The notes: generated by a model from the letters alone, not told the origin. Positions 49,472 through 59,261 are shown, numbered from the stretch's first letter. The stretch is 64,000 nt of DNA from Salibacteraceae bacterium (GCA_041563475.1 JBFFMY010000002.1:20794-84793); one strand, 5' to 3'. Numbers and translations: made by a program.

Positions 49472-50053
49472 TCAGAGTTTTATTTTTCCACTTTCTATCC
49501 GTTGAACAATGAACTCAATATCTTTATCTTCCCCTTCGGGAGCATATTCTGACTTTAAATTATGTCCGAAAACTCTAGCCAAACCTTGCCAGAAAAATGC
49601 GGAAAATTTACCCCGTAATTCTTCCAACAAATAATAGGACGTGTTTCCGGTCTCCCGATCTAATAATTTAATTAAAATTCTACCCTCCGAAATAGTGAGC
49701 TCCCGAAGTTGACCTTCGTATTCCGACACAATTTCTTTTTCAATTCGTTTGTAGAATTTCGTTTTTTCTTTCGGTGAAGTTACTAGGGCTAATTCATCTG
49801 CATATTCTTCTAATTTCAAATTTGCTAAATGGGCCAATGGATATACTTTCACTACTTTTCTTTGCAGCTTCAAGAACTTATTGTACTCATATTTTGATTT
49901 CCACGTACGTTTTGCCGTAAACTCATAATTAGAAAGGGTGATTTCAGGAATTGTATCTCCATCCACCACCCTAGCACGTAAAATATGTCCGGTTTCTTGA
50001 GCTAAAACCCCAACAAAAAAAACACTTAATAATATGGTTACTAGTATTTTCAC
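49472..50053 (-). CDS. conserved secreted protein (DUF4294-like)
   Basis: Signal peptide MKILVTILLSVFFVGVLAQ, 193 aa, GTG start. The family name is from memory only. Confidence 0.6.
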   Translation of the reverse strand: MKILVTILLSVFFVGVLAQETGHILRARVVDGDTIPEITLSNYEFTAKRTWKSKYEYNKFLKLQRKVVKVYPLAHLANLKLEEYADELALVTSPKEKTKFYKRIEKEIVSEYEGQLRELTISEGRILIKLLDRETGNTSYYLLEELRGKFSAFFWQGLARVFGHNLKSEYAPEGEDKDIEFIVQRIESGKIKL

Positions 50054-50108
50054 AATTTTAATAACTTTATAAAGTTACATTTATTTCATGATACTAGTCA
50101 AAATTGAG

Positions 50109-50621
50109 CTACGCTAATAACTCATCTACTTTCGCTAATATCACTTCGTAATTTGGTTCCTCTAAAATATCAGCCGACATTTCGGTATGTATTACTTTGT
50201 TGTCTTGGTTTAGAACAAATACAACGCGAGCCAAAAGTCCTTTTAAAGCTCCTTCTACCATTTCTACACCAAAATCTTTGCCAAAATCACCATATCGAAA
50301 ATCAGAAAGAGTAACAATATTTTCAATCCCATCTGTTTCACAAAATCTTTTGGCAGCAAAAGGTAAATCTTTAGAAATCACAATTCCAGTAACCCCATTT
50401 CTTTTAGATAATTCAGAATTAAACCTTCTAGTTTCCGCTTGGCAAACTCCCGTGTCTAAACTCGGAACTGAAATAAGCACCTTAACTTTAGATTCAATAT
50501 CATAAATACTAATTTCATTTAAATCTCTCGTCACTAGGGTAACATCCTCCGCCATAACTCCAGGTTCCGTAACATCGTCAATTAATTGAATCGGAAAACC
50601 TTTTAATTTTATTTTATCCAT
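50109..50621 (-). CDS. tpx: thiol peroxidase (atypical 2-Cys peroxiredoxin)
   Basis: Peroxidatic Cys context VPSLDTGVCQAE and resolving Cys FAAKRFCETDG. The start at MDKIKLKG (50621) is preferred. Confidence 0.9.
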   Translation of the reverse strand: MDKIKLKGFPIQLIDDVTEPGVMAEDVTLVTRDLNEISIYDIESKVKVLISVPSLDTGVCQAETRRFNSELSKRNGVTGIVISKDLPFAAKRFCETDGIENIVTLSDFRYGDFGKDFGVEMVEGALKGLLARVVFVLNQDNKVIHTEMSADILEEPNYEVILAKVDELLA

Positions 50622-50768
50622 TGCATTCTTTATTTTAATAATTGAAAGCAAAATTAATTTATTTCCATCCGACCAATAATGATTTTAATTACAATTTTTT
50701 CTCCTTTTGTTTTTAACAAAACGTTTGTAAGACTTGGTTTTGTTCGGAATTAAGTTACTTTTAGCCTT

Positions 50769-52115
50769 ATGAAATTAAAGATATTGTTTCCTCTTTTCAT
50801 TTTCCTCATTACTGGACTTAATCCAATTATTGCTAATATCCCCGATTCAAATATTGTTTACGTATTTGAAATTAAGGATGAGATTTCCAATCCAGTTTGG
50901 CATAACTTCCAAAATGCTTTAGAAGAAACTAAACGCCTAAAAGCAAGTCACTTAATTATTGACATGAATACCTACGGGGGACTTGTTTTAATTGCAGATT
51001 CTATTCGAACGGCTATTCTTCGATCAGAAATCCCTGTTTATATTCTTATTAATAATAATGCCGCTTCCGCAGGAGCCCTAATTTCTATCGCCTGCGATAA
51101 GATATATATGATGCCAGGTTCAACAATTGGTGCGGCCACGGTTGTCACTGAGAACGGGGAACCTGCAATTGACAAGTATCAATCGTACATGCGAAGTAAA
51201 ATGCGATCAACTGCGGAAGAAACAGGAAGAAACCCGGAAATTGCTGAAGCTATGGTTGACCAAGATATCGCCCTAGAAGGAATTACCGAGGAAGGTAAAT
51301 TATTAACCTTTACGGTTTCTGAAGCCTTAGCCAATGGGTTCTGCGATAAGGAAGTAAAGAATCTTCAAGAATTATTAAATGACAATAATCTTGGTTCTGC
51401 AAAAATTGAACATTATGTGCCTTCAACCATTGACAAAATCATTAGTATTTTAATCAACCCTGCTGTTTCGGGAATATTAATAATGATTATGCTTGGAGGA
51501 ATCTATTTCGAATTGCAGTCACCTGGAATTGGATTTCCAATTGCTGCTGCCGCAATTGCCGCTACTCTATTCTTTGCGCCTTTATATATTGAAGGAATGG
51601 CTGAAAATTGGGAAATAATTCTATTCGTTGTGGGCATAATTGCCATCGCATTGGAAGTCTTTGTAATTCCAGGTACTGGAATTACTGGTGTTTTAGGGGT
51701 TGCGTTAGTCATTACAGGTTTGACATTAAGCATGGTTAAGAATGTGAATTTTGATTTCACTATGGTATCAATAGATAGATTGTTATTATCTTTTACTGTG
51801 GTTCTCCTCTCCATTTTCTTTATGGCTATTTTAACCTTAATAATGTTACCGAAAATTCTATCTACCGGTAGAATGAAAGAACTTATTTTAACTTCGACAC
51901 AAGAAGTGAATTCTGGCTATATCGGGATTGATAACTCCATAAAAAAAATTATTGGTAGTTACGGAACTGCTTTAAGTGATTTACGCCCAGCCGGAAAGGT
52001 TTTGATAGATAATGAGCATTATGACGCAACTTCTATAGAATCATTTATAAGTAAAAATGAAAAAATTGAAGTGGTTGGGTCAGAGGGGCCTCAATTATTA
52101 GTACGTAAAATTTAA
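50769..52115 (+). CDS. NfeD-family membrane-bound ClpP-class serine protease
   Basis: N-terminal ClpP-like domain (INNNAASAGALISIACDKIYM), central multi-TM region, and C-terminal NfeD OB-like domain (GTALSDLRPAGKVLIDNEHYDA). Confidence 0.85.
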   Translation: MKLKILFPLFIFLITGLNPIIANIPDSNIVYVFEIKDEISNPVWHNFQNALEETKRLKASHLIIDMNTYGGLVLIADSIRTAILRSEIPVYILINNNAASAGALISIACDKIYMMPGSTIGAATVVTENGEPAIDKYQSYMRSKMRSTAEETGRNPEIAEAMVDQDIALEGITEEGKLLTFTVSEALANGFCDKEVKNLQELLNDNNLGSAKIEHYVPSTIDKIISILINPAVSGILIMIMLGGIYFELQSPGIGFPIAAAAIAATLFFAPLYIEGMAENWEIILFVVGIIAIALEVFVIPGTGITGVLGVALVITGLTLSMVKNVNFDFTMVSIDRLLLSFTVVLLSIFFMAILTLIMLPKILSTGRMKELILTSTQEVNSGYIGIDNSIKKIIGSYGTALSDLRPAGKVLIDNEHYDATSIESFISKNEKIEVVGSEGPQLLVRKI

Positions 52116-52121
52116 CACACT

Positions 52122-52313
52122 ATGGCATTTTCTCAAGGACAAATGTATTTCGCATTATTTTTTTTAATCGTGTTTATTGTGGGTGTAACCTTCGCCTATC
52201 GAAGTGATTTAAAACGTTTATCATCCAGTAAAAAAGATGCGCGAAACGTTTTGATTTTTATCATAATCGTCATGGCTAGTTTTTTTGGTATCATTAAGTT
52301 TTTAAGTGCATGA
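52122..52313 (+). CDS. 63-aa two-TM membrane peptide
   Basis: It starts 6 nt after the nfeD stop, and its stop overlaps the next start (ATGA). It has two hydrophobic helices. Confidence 0.5.
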   Translation: MAFSQGQMYFALFFLIVFIVGVTFAYRSDLKRLSSSKKDARNVLIFIIIVMASFFGIIKFLSA

Positions 52314-53764
52314 GATTCACTTTTAGATTTTTATTCGTAATTCTAGGGCTACTGGTAATTTCTTCGTGTGGAGATTTACTTACGTCAAAAAGTAACGATG
52401 AATTATCTAAATCTGGAAATTCAACACCAGGAATTCATATTCAGGAAATACTCAAAAGAGGCAAGTTAGTTGCTATTACTAGTAACGATCCAACGAGTTA
52501 TTTCATTTATCGTGGTAAACCCATGGGGTATGAATACGAATTACTCTCAGATTTCGCCAAATACCTGGGGGTTCAGCTTGAAGTCAAAATTATTTCATCC
52601 ATTCCCGAAGCCATTGATTCTTTAAAATCCCACAAGGCAGATATACTTGCCTCGGGACTTACCATTTTAGGAAAACGGAAAACAGAACTAGATTTTTCAT
52701 CTGCATTGATAAAAACCCATCAAATTTTAATTCAAAGAATACCAGATGATCTATTAAATTCCAGCGAAGCAACACTTGATAAAAACTTACTCCGCGATGT
52801 CACCGAATTAAGCGGTAAAACTATTTATGTAGAAAATGGATCTTCGTATTACACTAGATTAATAAACCTCGAAGAAGAAATTGGAGGAGATATTGATATT
52901 GTTACCTACTCTGGCAATATCGATATTGATAGTGTAATGTCTTTGGTAAGTTCGGGTAAAATTGATTATGCCATTTCTGAAGAATATACAGCCAGTTTTT
53001 TCCTAAAATACTACGACAACATAGATATTGAAACACCCATAAGTTTGAATCAAAATATAGGTTGGGCGATTCCGAAAAATTCTGTAACCTTAATGGACAC
53101 TATTAATTACTGGATTCAAAAAAATCAAAATTCAACGAGATGGGCGGTGATTTACAGCAAATATTTCAAACACAATAACAAAATGAACCAACGCATTAAT
53201 AGTGCGTATACCCTAAGAAACGGGGTGATTTCACCTTATGATAACATCATAAAGACAAATGCTAAAATAATTGGATGGAATTGGAAACTATTGGCCGCCC
53301 AAATTAAAGTGGAATCTGGCTTCAATAATTCCGTTGAATCCTGGGCTGGAGCGAAAGGTTTAATGCAAATAATGCCCAGTACCTTGGAAGGTCTGAATGG
53401 AGATACAAGCATAATCAATAGTCCATCTCATAATATTGCTCTTGGGGCTAAATATGATAAGATTCTATTTGATTATTGGATTTCTGTTGTTCCAGATACT
53501 ATTCAAGCCATTAAATTCTCATTAGCCTCCTATAACATAGGTAAAGGACATATTTATGATGCCCAACGACTAGCAGAAAAGTATGATTTAAGCCCAATTA
53601 TTTGGGATAACCACGTGGCGTTAATGGTTAAAAAATTATCTAAACCAGATTATTACAGAGATCCTGTTGTTAGAAATGGCTATTGTAGAGGAACAGAGGC
53701 CTATAATTATGTTTTCAAAGTATTTGATCTTTATACGCATTACAACAATTTTGAAACACCCTAA
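52310..53764 (+). CDS. mltF: MltF-like lytic transglycosylase (periplasmic solute-binding-like domain + SLT domain)
   Basis: Lipoprotein signal (...LVISSC), SBP_bac_3-like N-domain, and an SLT catalytic region AAQIKVESGFNNSVESWAGAKGLMQIMPST. Confidence 0.85.
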   Translation: MRFTFRFLFVILGLLVISSCGDLLTSKSNDELSKSGNSTPGIHIQEILKRGKLVAITSNDPTSYFIYRGKPMGYEYELLSDFAKYLGVQLEVKIISSIPEAIDSLKSHKADILASGLTILGKRKTELDFSSALIKTHQILIQRIPDDLLNSSEATLDKNLLRDVTELSGKTIYVENGSSYYTRLINLEEEIGGDIDIVTYSGNIDIDSVMSLVSSGKIDYAISEEYTASFFLKYYDNIDIETPISLNQNIGWAIPKNSVTLMDTINYWIQKNQNSTRWAVIYSKYFKHNNKMNQRINSAYTLRNGVISPYDNIIKTNAKIIGWNWKLLAAQIKVESGFNNSVESWAGAKGLMQIMPSTLEGLNGDTSIINSPSHNIALGAKYDKILFDYWISVVPDTIQAIKFSLASYNIGKGHIYDAQRLAEKYDLSPIIWDNHVALMVKKLSKPDYYRDPVVRNGYCRGTEAYNYVFKVFDLYTHYNNFETP

Positions 53765-53791
53765 ATAATTCGAAAACCAAAGCATTAATAA

Positions 53792-54298
53792 ATGTCAGAT
53801 AAGCTTCGTCCAAGATTTAGATATTATGTACCATCCTCGCAGGTAATGGTTCAAAACCAATTCAAAAAGGCATTTAAAATACCTGAAAATAATTTTACTG
53901 GATCAGCTTTAGAGTACCATATTTCAGTGGATTATTCGGAAAAGGTAAGGCATTTTTGGACTCCCCAAATGGATTTAAATCTTGAAAAGTATGAAGATGG
54001 AACTTTAATCCGCGGCCTTATAGGACCACGAGCAAATGTATGGACCGTTTTTATGTTCTTTTATGCGGTAGCAGGTGTTGCTGGGTTAGCAGGAATAATT
54101 ATAGGAACAGGGCAATGGAGCATGGGAGAAGATCCTGTAGCTTTTTGGTTACTCCCATTTAGTTCTATCATTTTTTTAGCTGTGTATCTAATTGGTAGAA
54201 CAGGAAAGAAAATTGCATTTTCTGAAAGTGTTGGTCTGCATGATTTTTTAATCGAAAATTTAGATAACCCAATTGAACTAGAATTAACCCAATTATAG
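53792..54298 (+). CDS. hypothetical membrane protein
   Basis: 168 aa: a soluble N-terminal half followed by two TM helices (VWTVFMFFYAVAGVAGLAGIIIG, FWLLPFSSIIFLAVYLIG). Confidence 0.6.
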   Translation: MSDKLRPRFRYYVPSSQVMVQNQFKKAFKIPENNFTGSALEYHISVDYSEKVRHFWTPQMDLNLEKYEDGTLIRGLIGPRANVWTVFMFFYAVAGVAGLAGIIIGTGQWSMGEDPVAFWLLPFSSIIFLAVYLIGRTGKKIAFSESVGLHDFLIENLDNPIELELTQL

Positions 54299-54641
54299 TT
54301 CTTTTCCCTGTCAATTTAAGTGCTAAAGATTTGATTTAATAGTGCAAGTATCTGCCAATTCTTCATTTTCACAATTAATAAATTATGCCAAAAAAACGTT
54401 AGAAACACCTCTTTAATTGGCCTTTAACTACCTTGTTTTGAAGGCGATTTGGTGGGCGATTTTAGTTTAATGTATTCATATATTAAAACTTACTTAATAG
54501 TTATATCATTTGACCAAATGCTTAAAGTCGTAACTACAAACCCACTTTATCTTTGTAGCGCAATTACCAGATAGAATTAATCAAATTTTACGTTTAGGGG
54601 TTTGATAGATTAATTTTTCAATGGTTTAGTTTGTTAGGTTC

Positions 54642-54671
54642 AAAAGAGGAGTTGGTTACTCCTCTTTTTTT
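54642..54671 (+). terminator. strong intrinsic terminator inside the 407-bp non-coding region
   Basis: The stem aaaagaggagt/actcctctttt has a GC-containing 8-bp core and a 5-nt loop tggtt, followed by a T-run. It lies about 340 nt after the nearest upstream stop codon. Confidence 0.75.
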
Positions 54672-54705
54672 GTTTATATGTAATATTGCACCAGATTTTT
54701 TCTGA

Positions 54706-56184
54706 ATGAGCAAAACGAAGCCATACTTCAATATTCAACTAGATACATTAACGAAAATTCAAAGTTTCAATTTTGAAAACTTTGTGCACTCTTACCCGAT
54801 TTTTGAACCCGTTATCAAAGCAGGTAATAATGTGAAATTTGACGCCTACGTGATTGGGGGTTGGGTGCGTGATTTACTACTCCATAGAACCTCAAAAGAT
54901 GTTGATATTGTAACCCCTCAAAATGGCATTGAATTAGCCAAAGAAACCGCAAAAGTACTCGGTAAAGGAAAGGTTCATATTTTTAAAAACTACGGAACCG
55001 CAATGATCCGAACACCACAAATTGAATATGAGTTTGTGGGCGCTAGAAAAGAAAGTTATACAGAAAAATCGAGAAACCCAGAAGTCGAGTCAGGAACGTT
55101 ATTAGACGATCAAAAAAGAAGAGATTTCACTATTAACACCTTATCCATTGGTTTAACTGGAAAAGAGGCCGGGAAGGTAATTGACCCCTTCAATGGCATT
55201 GAGGATCTAACAAACGGCATCATCCGTACTCCACTCGACCCTATTCAAACTTTTTCTGATGACCCATTACGGATGCTAAGAGCTATTAGATTTGCTTCTC
55301 AATTAGGTTTCCACATCCATGAAACTTCTCTAGAGGCTATTGCGTCACAAAAAGAAAGAATTCACATTATTTCCAAAGAAAGAATAAATGTGGAACTGGA
55401 GAAAATCATGCTTTCTCCAAAACCGTCTATTGGATTTATTTTATTAGATAAAACGGGCCTTCTTGATTTAATTATCCCAGAACTGGTGGCGCTAAAGGGA
55501 GTAACCGAAGAAGATGGCCAATCCCATAAAGAAAACTTTTATCACACGCTTGAAGTAGTAGATAATATATCGAAAAACACCAACAATGTTTGGTTGCGCT
55601 ATGCGGCCCTTTTTCATGATATTGGAAAAGCGCCAACTAAAAAGTTTGACAAAAAAATCGGTTTTACCTTTCACGGGCATGAAGCTTTAGGCTCAAAAAT
55701 GATTGGTAAAATTTTTAAACGACTGAAACTACCTTTAGACGATAAATTGAAATACGTAAAAAAACTAGTGTTTCTAAGTTCTCGACCAATCGCTCTTGTA
55801 GATGATAATGTTTCGGATTCAGGTGTTCGTAGATTACTTAATGATGCTGGAAACGACATTAACGACTTAATGACACTTTGCGATGCCGATATAACGTCAA
55901 AAAACCCGTATAGGGTTAAGCAATATCGTCAAAATTTCATCCACGTTCGACACAAATTAAAAGAGGTGGAAGAACGGGATCAAATTGCCAATTTTCAACC
56001 TCCAATTACTGGAGAAGAAATCATGAAAGCCTTTGATATTCAACCTTCAAAAGAAATAGGAATAATAAAAAGTCAAATTAAAGAAGCCATACTTCACGGT
56101 ACTATTAGAAATGATAAAACTGAAGCACATCAATTAATGCTAAAAATTGGTGGGGAATTAGGGTTAAAATTAACCACTAGCTGA
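54706..56184 (+). CDS. cca: CCA tRNA nucleotidyltransferase / poly(A) polymerase family protein with HD domain
   Basis: GGWVRDLLL...SKDVDIV (GGxVRD...DxD), RRDFTIN, and HD motif ALFHDIGKA. Confidence 0.88.
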   Translation: MSKTKPYFNIQLDTLTKIQSFNFENFVHSYPIFEPVIKAGNNVKFDAYVIGGWVRDLLLHRTSKDVDIVTPQNGIELAKETAKVLGKGKVHIFKNYGTAMIRTPQIEYEFVGARKESYTEKSRNPEVESGTLLDDQKRRDFTINTLSIGLTGKEAGKVIDPFNGIEDLTNGIIRTPLDPIQTFSDDPLRMLRAIRFASQLGFHIHETSLEAIASQKERIHIISKERINVELEKIMLSPKPSIGFILLDKTGLLDLIIPELVALKGVTEEDGQSHKENFYHTLEVVDNISKNTNNVWLRYAALFHDIGKAPTKKFDKKIGFTFHGHEALGSKMIGKIFKRLKLPLDDKLKYVKKLVFLSSRPIALVDDNVSDSGVRRLLNDAGNDINDLMTLCDADITSKNPYRVKQYRQNFIHVRHKLKEVEERDQIANFQPPITGEEIMKAFDIQPSKEIGIIKSQIKEAILHGTIRNDKTEAHQLMLKIGGELGLKLTTS

Positions 56185-56212
56185 ATACATTTGCAGGGAA
56201 ATTAGGTTTACA

Positions 56213-56755
56213 ATGAAAACAACATTACGATTACGCATTTTAGTTGATACAGAAGGAGATGAAAATGTATTTAGAGACATTGAATTTCCTGCACATTCAA
56301 CCTTTGAGGATTTACATCTAGCTATTCAAGATTTATTTTCTTTTGATAATTCTCAAATGGCCTCATTCTATGAATCTGACGATGATTGGGAACGTGGTGA
56401 TGAAATAATGTTAATGGACATGAGCACAGATGATAATAACGATGTTCGTTTAATGAGTCAAACTGTGATTTCTTCTCTATTGTCAAAGCCGAAGCAAAAA
56501 ATGCTCTACGTTTTTGACTTTTTAGTTATGTGGACGTTTTTTATTGAAGTGGTTTCCGTTGGCACGTATGTAAAAGAAGCTACCTATCCCCTTATATTAT
56601 TATCCGTTGGCGAATCTCCTGACCAGTATTCAAAATCTGCGGAAGATTTGTTTGGAGCTATGAAATCCGAAATGCTACCTGGTTTGGATGACGATGATGA
56701 CGATTATGATGATTCGGATGAATTCGATTTAGGAAATAATTACCCCTCATACTAG
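56213..56755 (+). CDS. pRiA4b ORF-3-like (MM3350-like) domain protein with a poly-Asp tail
   Basis: The N-terminal LRILVDTEGDENVFRDIEFPAHSTFEDLHLAIQDLFSFDNSQMASFY pattern is typical of PF07929-type proteins. The C-terminus is GLDDDDDDYDDSDEFDL. Confidence 0.65.
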   Translation: MKTTLRLRILVDTEGDENVFRDIEFPAHSTFEDLHLAIQDLFSFDNSQMASFYESDDDWERGDEIMLMDMSTDDNNDVRLMSQTVISSLLSKPKQKMLYVFDFLVMWTFFIEVVSVGTYVKEATYPLILLSVGESPDQYSKSAEDLFGAMKSEMLPGLDDDDDDYDDSDEFDLGNNYPSY

Positions 56756-56758
56756 ATT

Positions 56759-57649
56759 TTGAAAAGGCTCATTGTTATAACAGGGGCAACCGCATCTGGC
56801 AAAACTTCGGTTAGCGTAAATCTTGCCAAAAAACTGAAAACCGAGATTATTTCGTGTGATTCCAGACAATTCTATCAAGAAATGTCTATTGGAACCGCCA
56901 AACCAACTGAAGAGGAAATGCAGGGTATCACCCACCATTTTGTTGGTTCTCATTCTATTTCAGACGAAATCAATGCGGGAAAATTTGAACAATTAGTTCT
57001 ACCGTTGTTGAATACACTTTTTGAAAAATATAATGATGTAATTTTAACTGGTGGCTCTGGTTTATTTATTGATGCCGTTGTCAATGGCTTCGATGAAATG
57101 CCCAAAATATCTGCAGAAACTAGAGAAGCGCTCAATGAAAAGTTAGAAAATGAAGGTATGGAGTCTTTATTTTTACAACTTCAAAAATTAGACCCTGAGT
57201 ATTCTAAGTCTGTCGATTCAAGTAACCCCAAAAGAATTATTCGCGCCTTAGAAGTTTGTTTAAGTTCAAATAAAACCTACTCCGAATTACGCACAGGGCA
57301 AAAAGTCAAACGGCCATTTAATGTGCTGAAAATAGTTTTAGACTGGCCCAGAGAAGAACTTTACGGCAGAATTAATAAACGTGTCGATTTGATGGTCCTA
57401 AACGGATTAGAAAATGAAGTTAAAGGTTTGATCCCATACAAGAATATAAACGCATTGCAAACAGTTGGGTATAAAGAATTTTTTGAATTCTTTGAAGGAA
57501 AAATATCCCGAACCAGAGCTATTGAATTAATCAAACAAAACTCTAGACGTTACGCTAAACGCCAGCTAACTTGGTTCAGGCGAACAAATGATTACCATTG
57601 GGTAAACGCGAATGATTTCGATTCAGTTATGGCACTTGTAAACTCATAA
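56759..57649 (+). CDS. miaA: tRNA dimethylallyltransferase
   Basis: LIVITGATASGKT P-loop at the N-terminus, CDSRQFYQEMSIGTAKP, and RQLTWFR. TTG start 3 nt after the preceding stop. Confidence 0.93.
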   Translation: MKRLIVITGATASGKTSVSVNLAKKLKTEIISCDSRQFYQEMSIGTAKPTEEEMQGITHHFVGSHSISDEINAGKFEQLVLPLLNTLFEKYNDVILTGGSGLFIDAVVNGFDEMPKISAETREALNEKLENEGMESLFLQLQKLDPEYSKSVDSSNPKRIIRALEVCLSSNKTYSELRTGQKVKRPFNVLKIVLDWPREELYGRINKRVDLMVLNGLENEVKGLIPYKNINALQTVGYKEFFEFFEGKISRTRAIELIKQNSRRYAKRQLTWFRRTNDYHWVNANDFDSVMALVNS

Positions 57650-59261
57650 ACTCAAACTTCTCTCCATCAAACAACCCCTTATCACTCAATTTTATGGATG
57701 GAATAACCAATAGTGCCATAAACGATAACGACATAAAAGGAGCCCGCAATTCACTTCCAAAACTCCTAGTCAATGCCGATATTTTTGAATACTCCTCTGC
57801 AACTTTTTCTGCGGGTTGATCAGACATTATTCCTGCTACTGGAAGGGGCAATACCATTTCCTTATCTTCACCCACCGCAGATAATCCCCCTTTTTCCGTA
57901 ATTACTAGATTAATTGCATTAACGATGTCTTCATCTTCTACTCCAACCGCAATTATATTATGCGAGTCATGCGCCACAGATGAAGCGATAGCTCCCGTTT
58001 TAAATTTAAAATTCCTAATAAATGCAACTGCTGGTTTCGCTTGATTGTATCGATTTACAACTACTAATTTCAAAATATCATCATCAACGTTAGACACTAA
58101 GGTTCCATCTTTTATTCTAGCAGCACCCTGCGTTTTTTGGGTTACTAATTCTCCATCTTGAACCTCTATTACATTCACCACATCCGTGTTTGTATTAACC
58201 GTGATATCCTCCACTTTAATCTTTGAGATCTCAAATTTATTTACCACCCTTATAGGTTTTGATTCAATAAACGAAATTCCGTTCTCTGCGACCTTCTTTC
58301 CTTGGATCCAAGTGGCTCTCGGGGTAAAATATTTTAAATCATTCACCTCAATAAAATCTGCATAATCACCTACACGTAATTGACCTACCTCTAATTTATA
58401 ATGTGCAATTGGGTTTAAACAAGCCACCTGCAAGACCTTGAAAATATCCTGACCGTGTGCAACTGCCTTGGCTACCAATTTATTGATATGCCCATTTTTT
58501 AAATCATCTGGATGTTTATCATCTGAGCAAAACATCATTAAGCGGTAATTTTCGTTGATCAAAGTATGCAATGCATCAAAATTTCGAGCAGCACTACCCT
58601 CTCGAATTTGAACATGCATTCCAAATTTCATTTTATCCAATGCTTCCTGTGCGGTGAAACACTCATGATCAGTTGAAATTCCTGCAGCAATATATTTTCT
58701 CGCTAAATCCCCTTTTAAACCAGGCGCATGACCATCTACAGGTTTATTATATTTCTGCGCTAATTTAATCTTAGCAAAAACGTCTTCATCATTATTGAGT
58801 ACTCCTGGCCAATTCATCATTTCCGATAAATATTTGACCTCCTTTAATTGCAACAATTCATCCACATCATTTATTGATAAGGTGGCTCCCGCGGTTTCAA
58901 AGGGAGTAGCAGGCACACAAGGGGATGCTCCGAAATAGAAATGAAAAGGTACCTGTTTCCCATTTTCAATCATGTATTTCACTCCATCGATTCCTAAAAC
59001 GTTTGCAATTTCATGCGGATCAGAAACTGTAGCTATCGTACCGTGAACTACTGCCATTCTTGCAAACTCAGATGGAACTAACATAGAAGATTCGATATGA
59101 ATATGGGCATCAATGAAACCAGGCAACAAATAGGAATTCAACTCCTCATTTAAACGGGATATTTTGAAAATACGCTTTCCTGATACCGTAATAGCAGCAG
59201 GATAAATTTCCTGATTGACAATATCTACAATATTTGATTTAATTATTTTTTCGAACTTCAT
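57627..59261 (-). CDS. ade: adenine deaminase
   Basis: Amidohydrolase metal site GFIDAHIHIESSM; 544 aa; a conserved SDPHE and DGHAPG pattern. Confidence 0.88.
   Translation of the reverse strand: MKFEKIIKSNIVDIVNQEIYPAAITVSGKRIFKISRLNEELNSYLLPGFIDAHIHIESSMLVPSEFARMAVVHGTIATVSDPHEIANVLGIDGVKYMIENGKQVPFHFYFGASPCVPATPFETAGATLSINDVDELLQLKEVKYLSEMMNWPGVLNNDEDVFAKIKLAQKYNKPVDGHAPGLKGDLARKYIAAGISTDHECFTAQEALDKMKFGMHVQIREGSAARNFDALHTLINENYRLMMFCSDDKHPDDLKNGHINKLVAKAVAHGQDIFKVLQVACLNPIAHYKLEVGQLRVGDYADFIEVNDLKYFTPRATWIQGKKVAENGISFIESKPIRVVNKFEISKIKVEDITVNTNTDVVNVIEVQDGELVTQKTQGAARIKDGTLVSNVDDDILKLVVVNRYNQAKPAVAFIRNFKFKTGAIASSVAHDSHNIIAVGVEDEDIVNAINLVITEKGGLSAVGEDKEMVLPLPVAGIMSDQPAEKVAEEYSKISALTRSFGSELRAPFMSLSFMALLVIPSIKLSDKGLFDGEKFEFMSLQVP

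Noticed and set aside
54299-54705. Possibility that the large non-coding regions (also 40385-40856) encode tmRNA, RNase P RNA, SRP RNA or a tRNA.
   Set aside because: I could not find the hallmark sequences: GGAAAGTCCGG for RNase P, GGAAGGAAGCAG-type SRP domain IV, a tmRNA 5' GGGG...3' CCACCA with a tag ORF, or a GGTTCGAATCC T-arm. The 6S-type or novel sRNA option remains open and is listed as a finding.
56213-56755. The pRiA4b ORF-3-like gene as evidence of an IS or mobile element.
   Set aside because: There is no transposase, no terminal inverted repeats and no integrase nearby. The flanking genes are housekeeping genes with tiny gaps, so it is treated as a resident gene.
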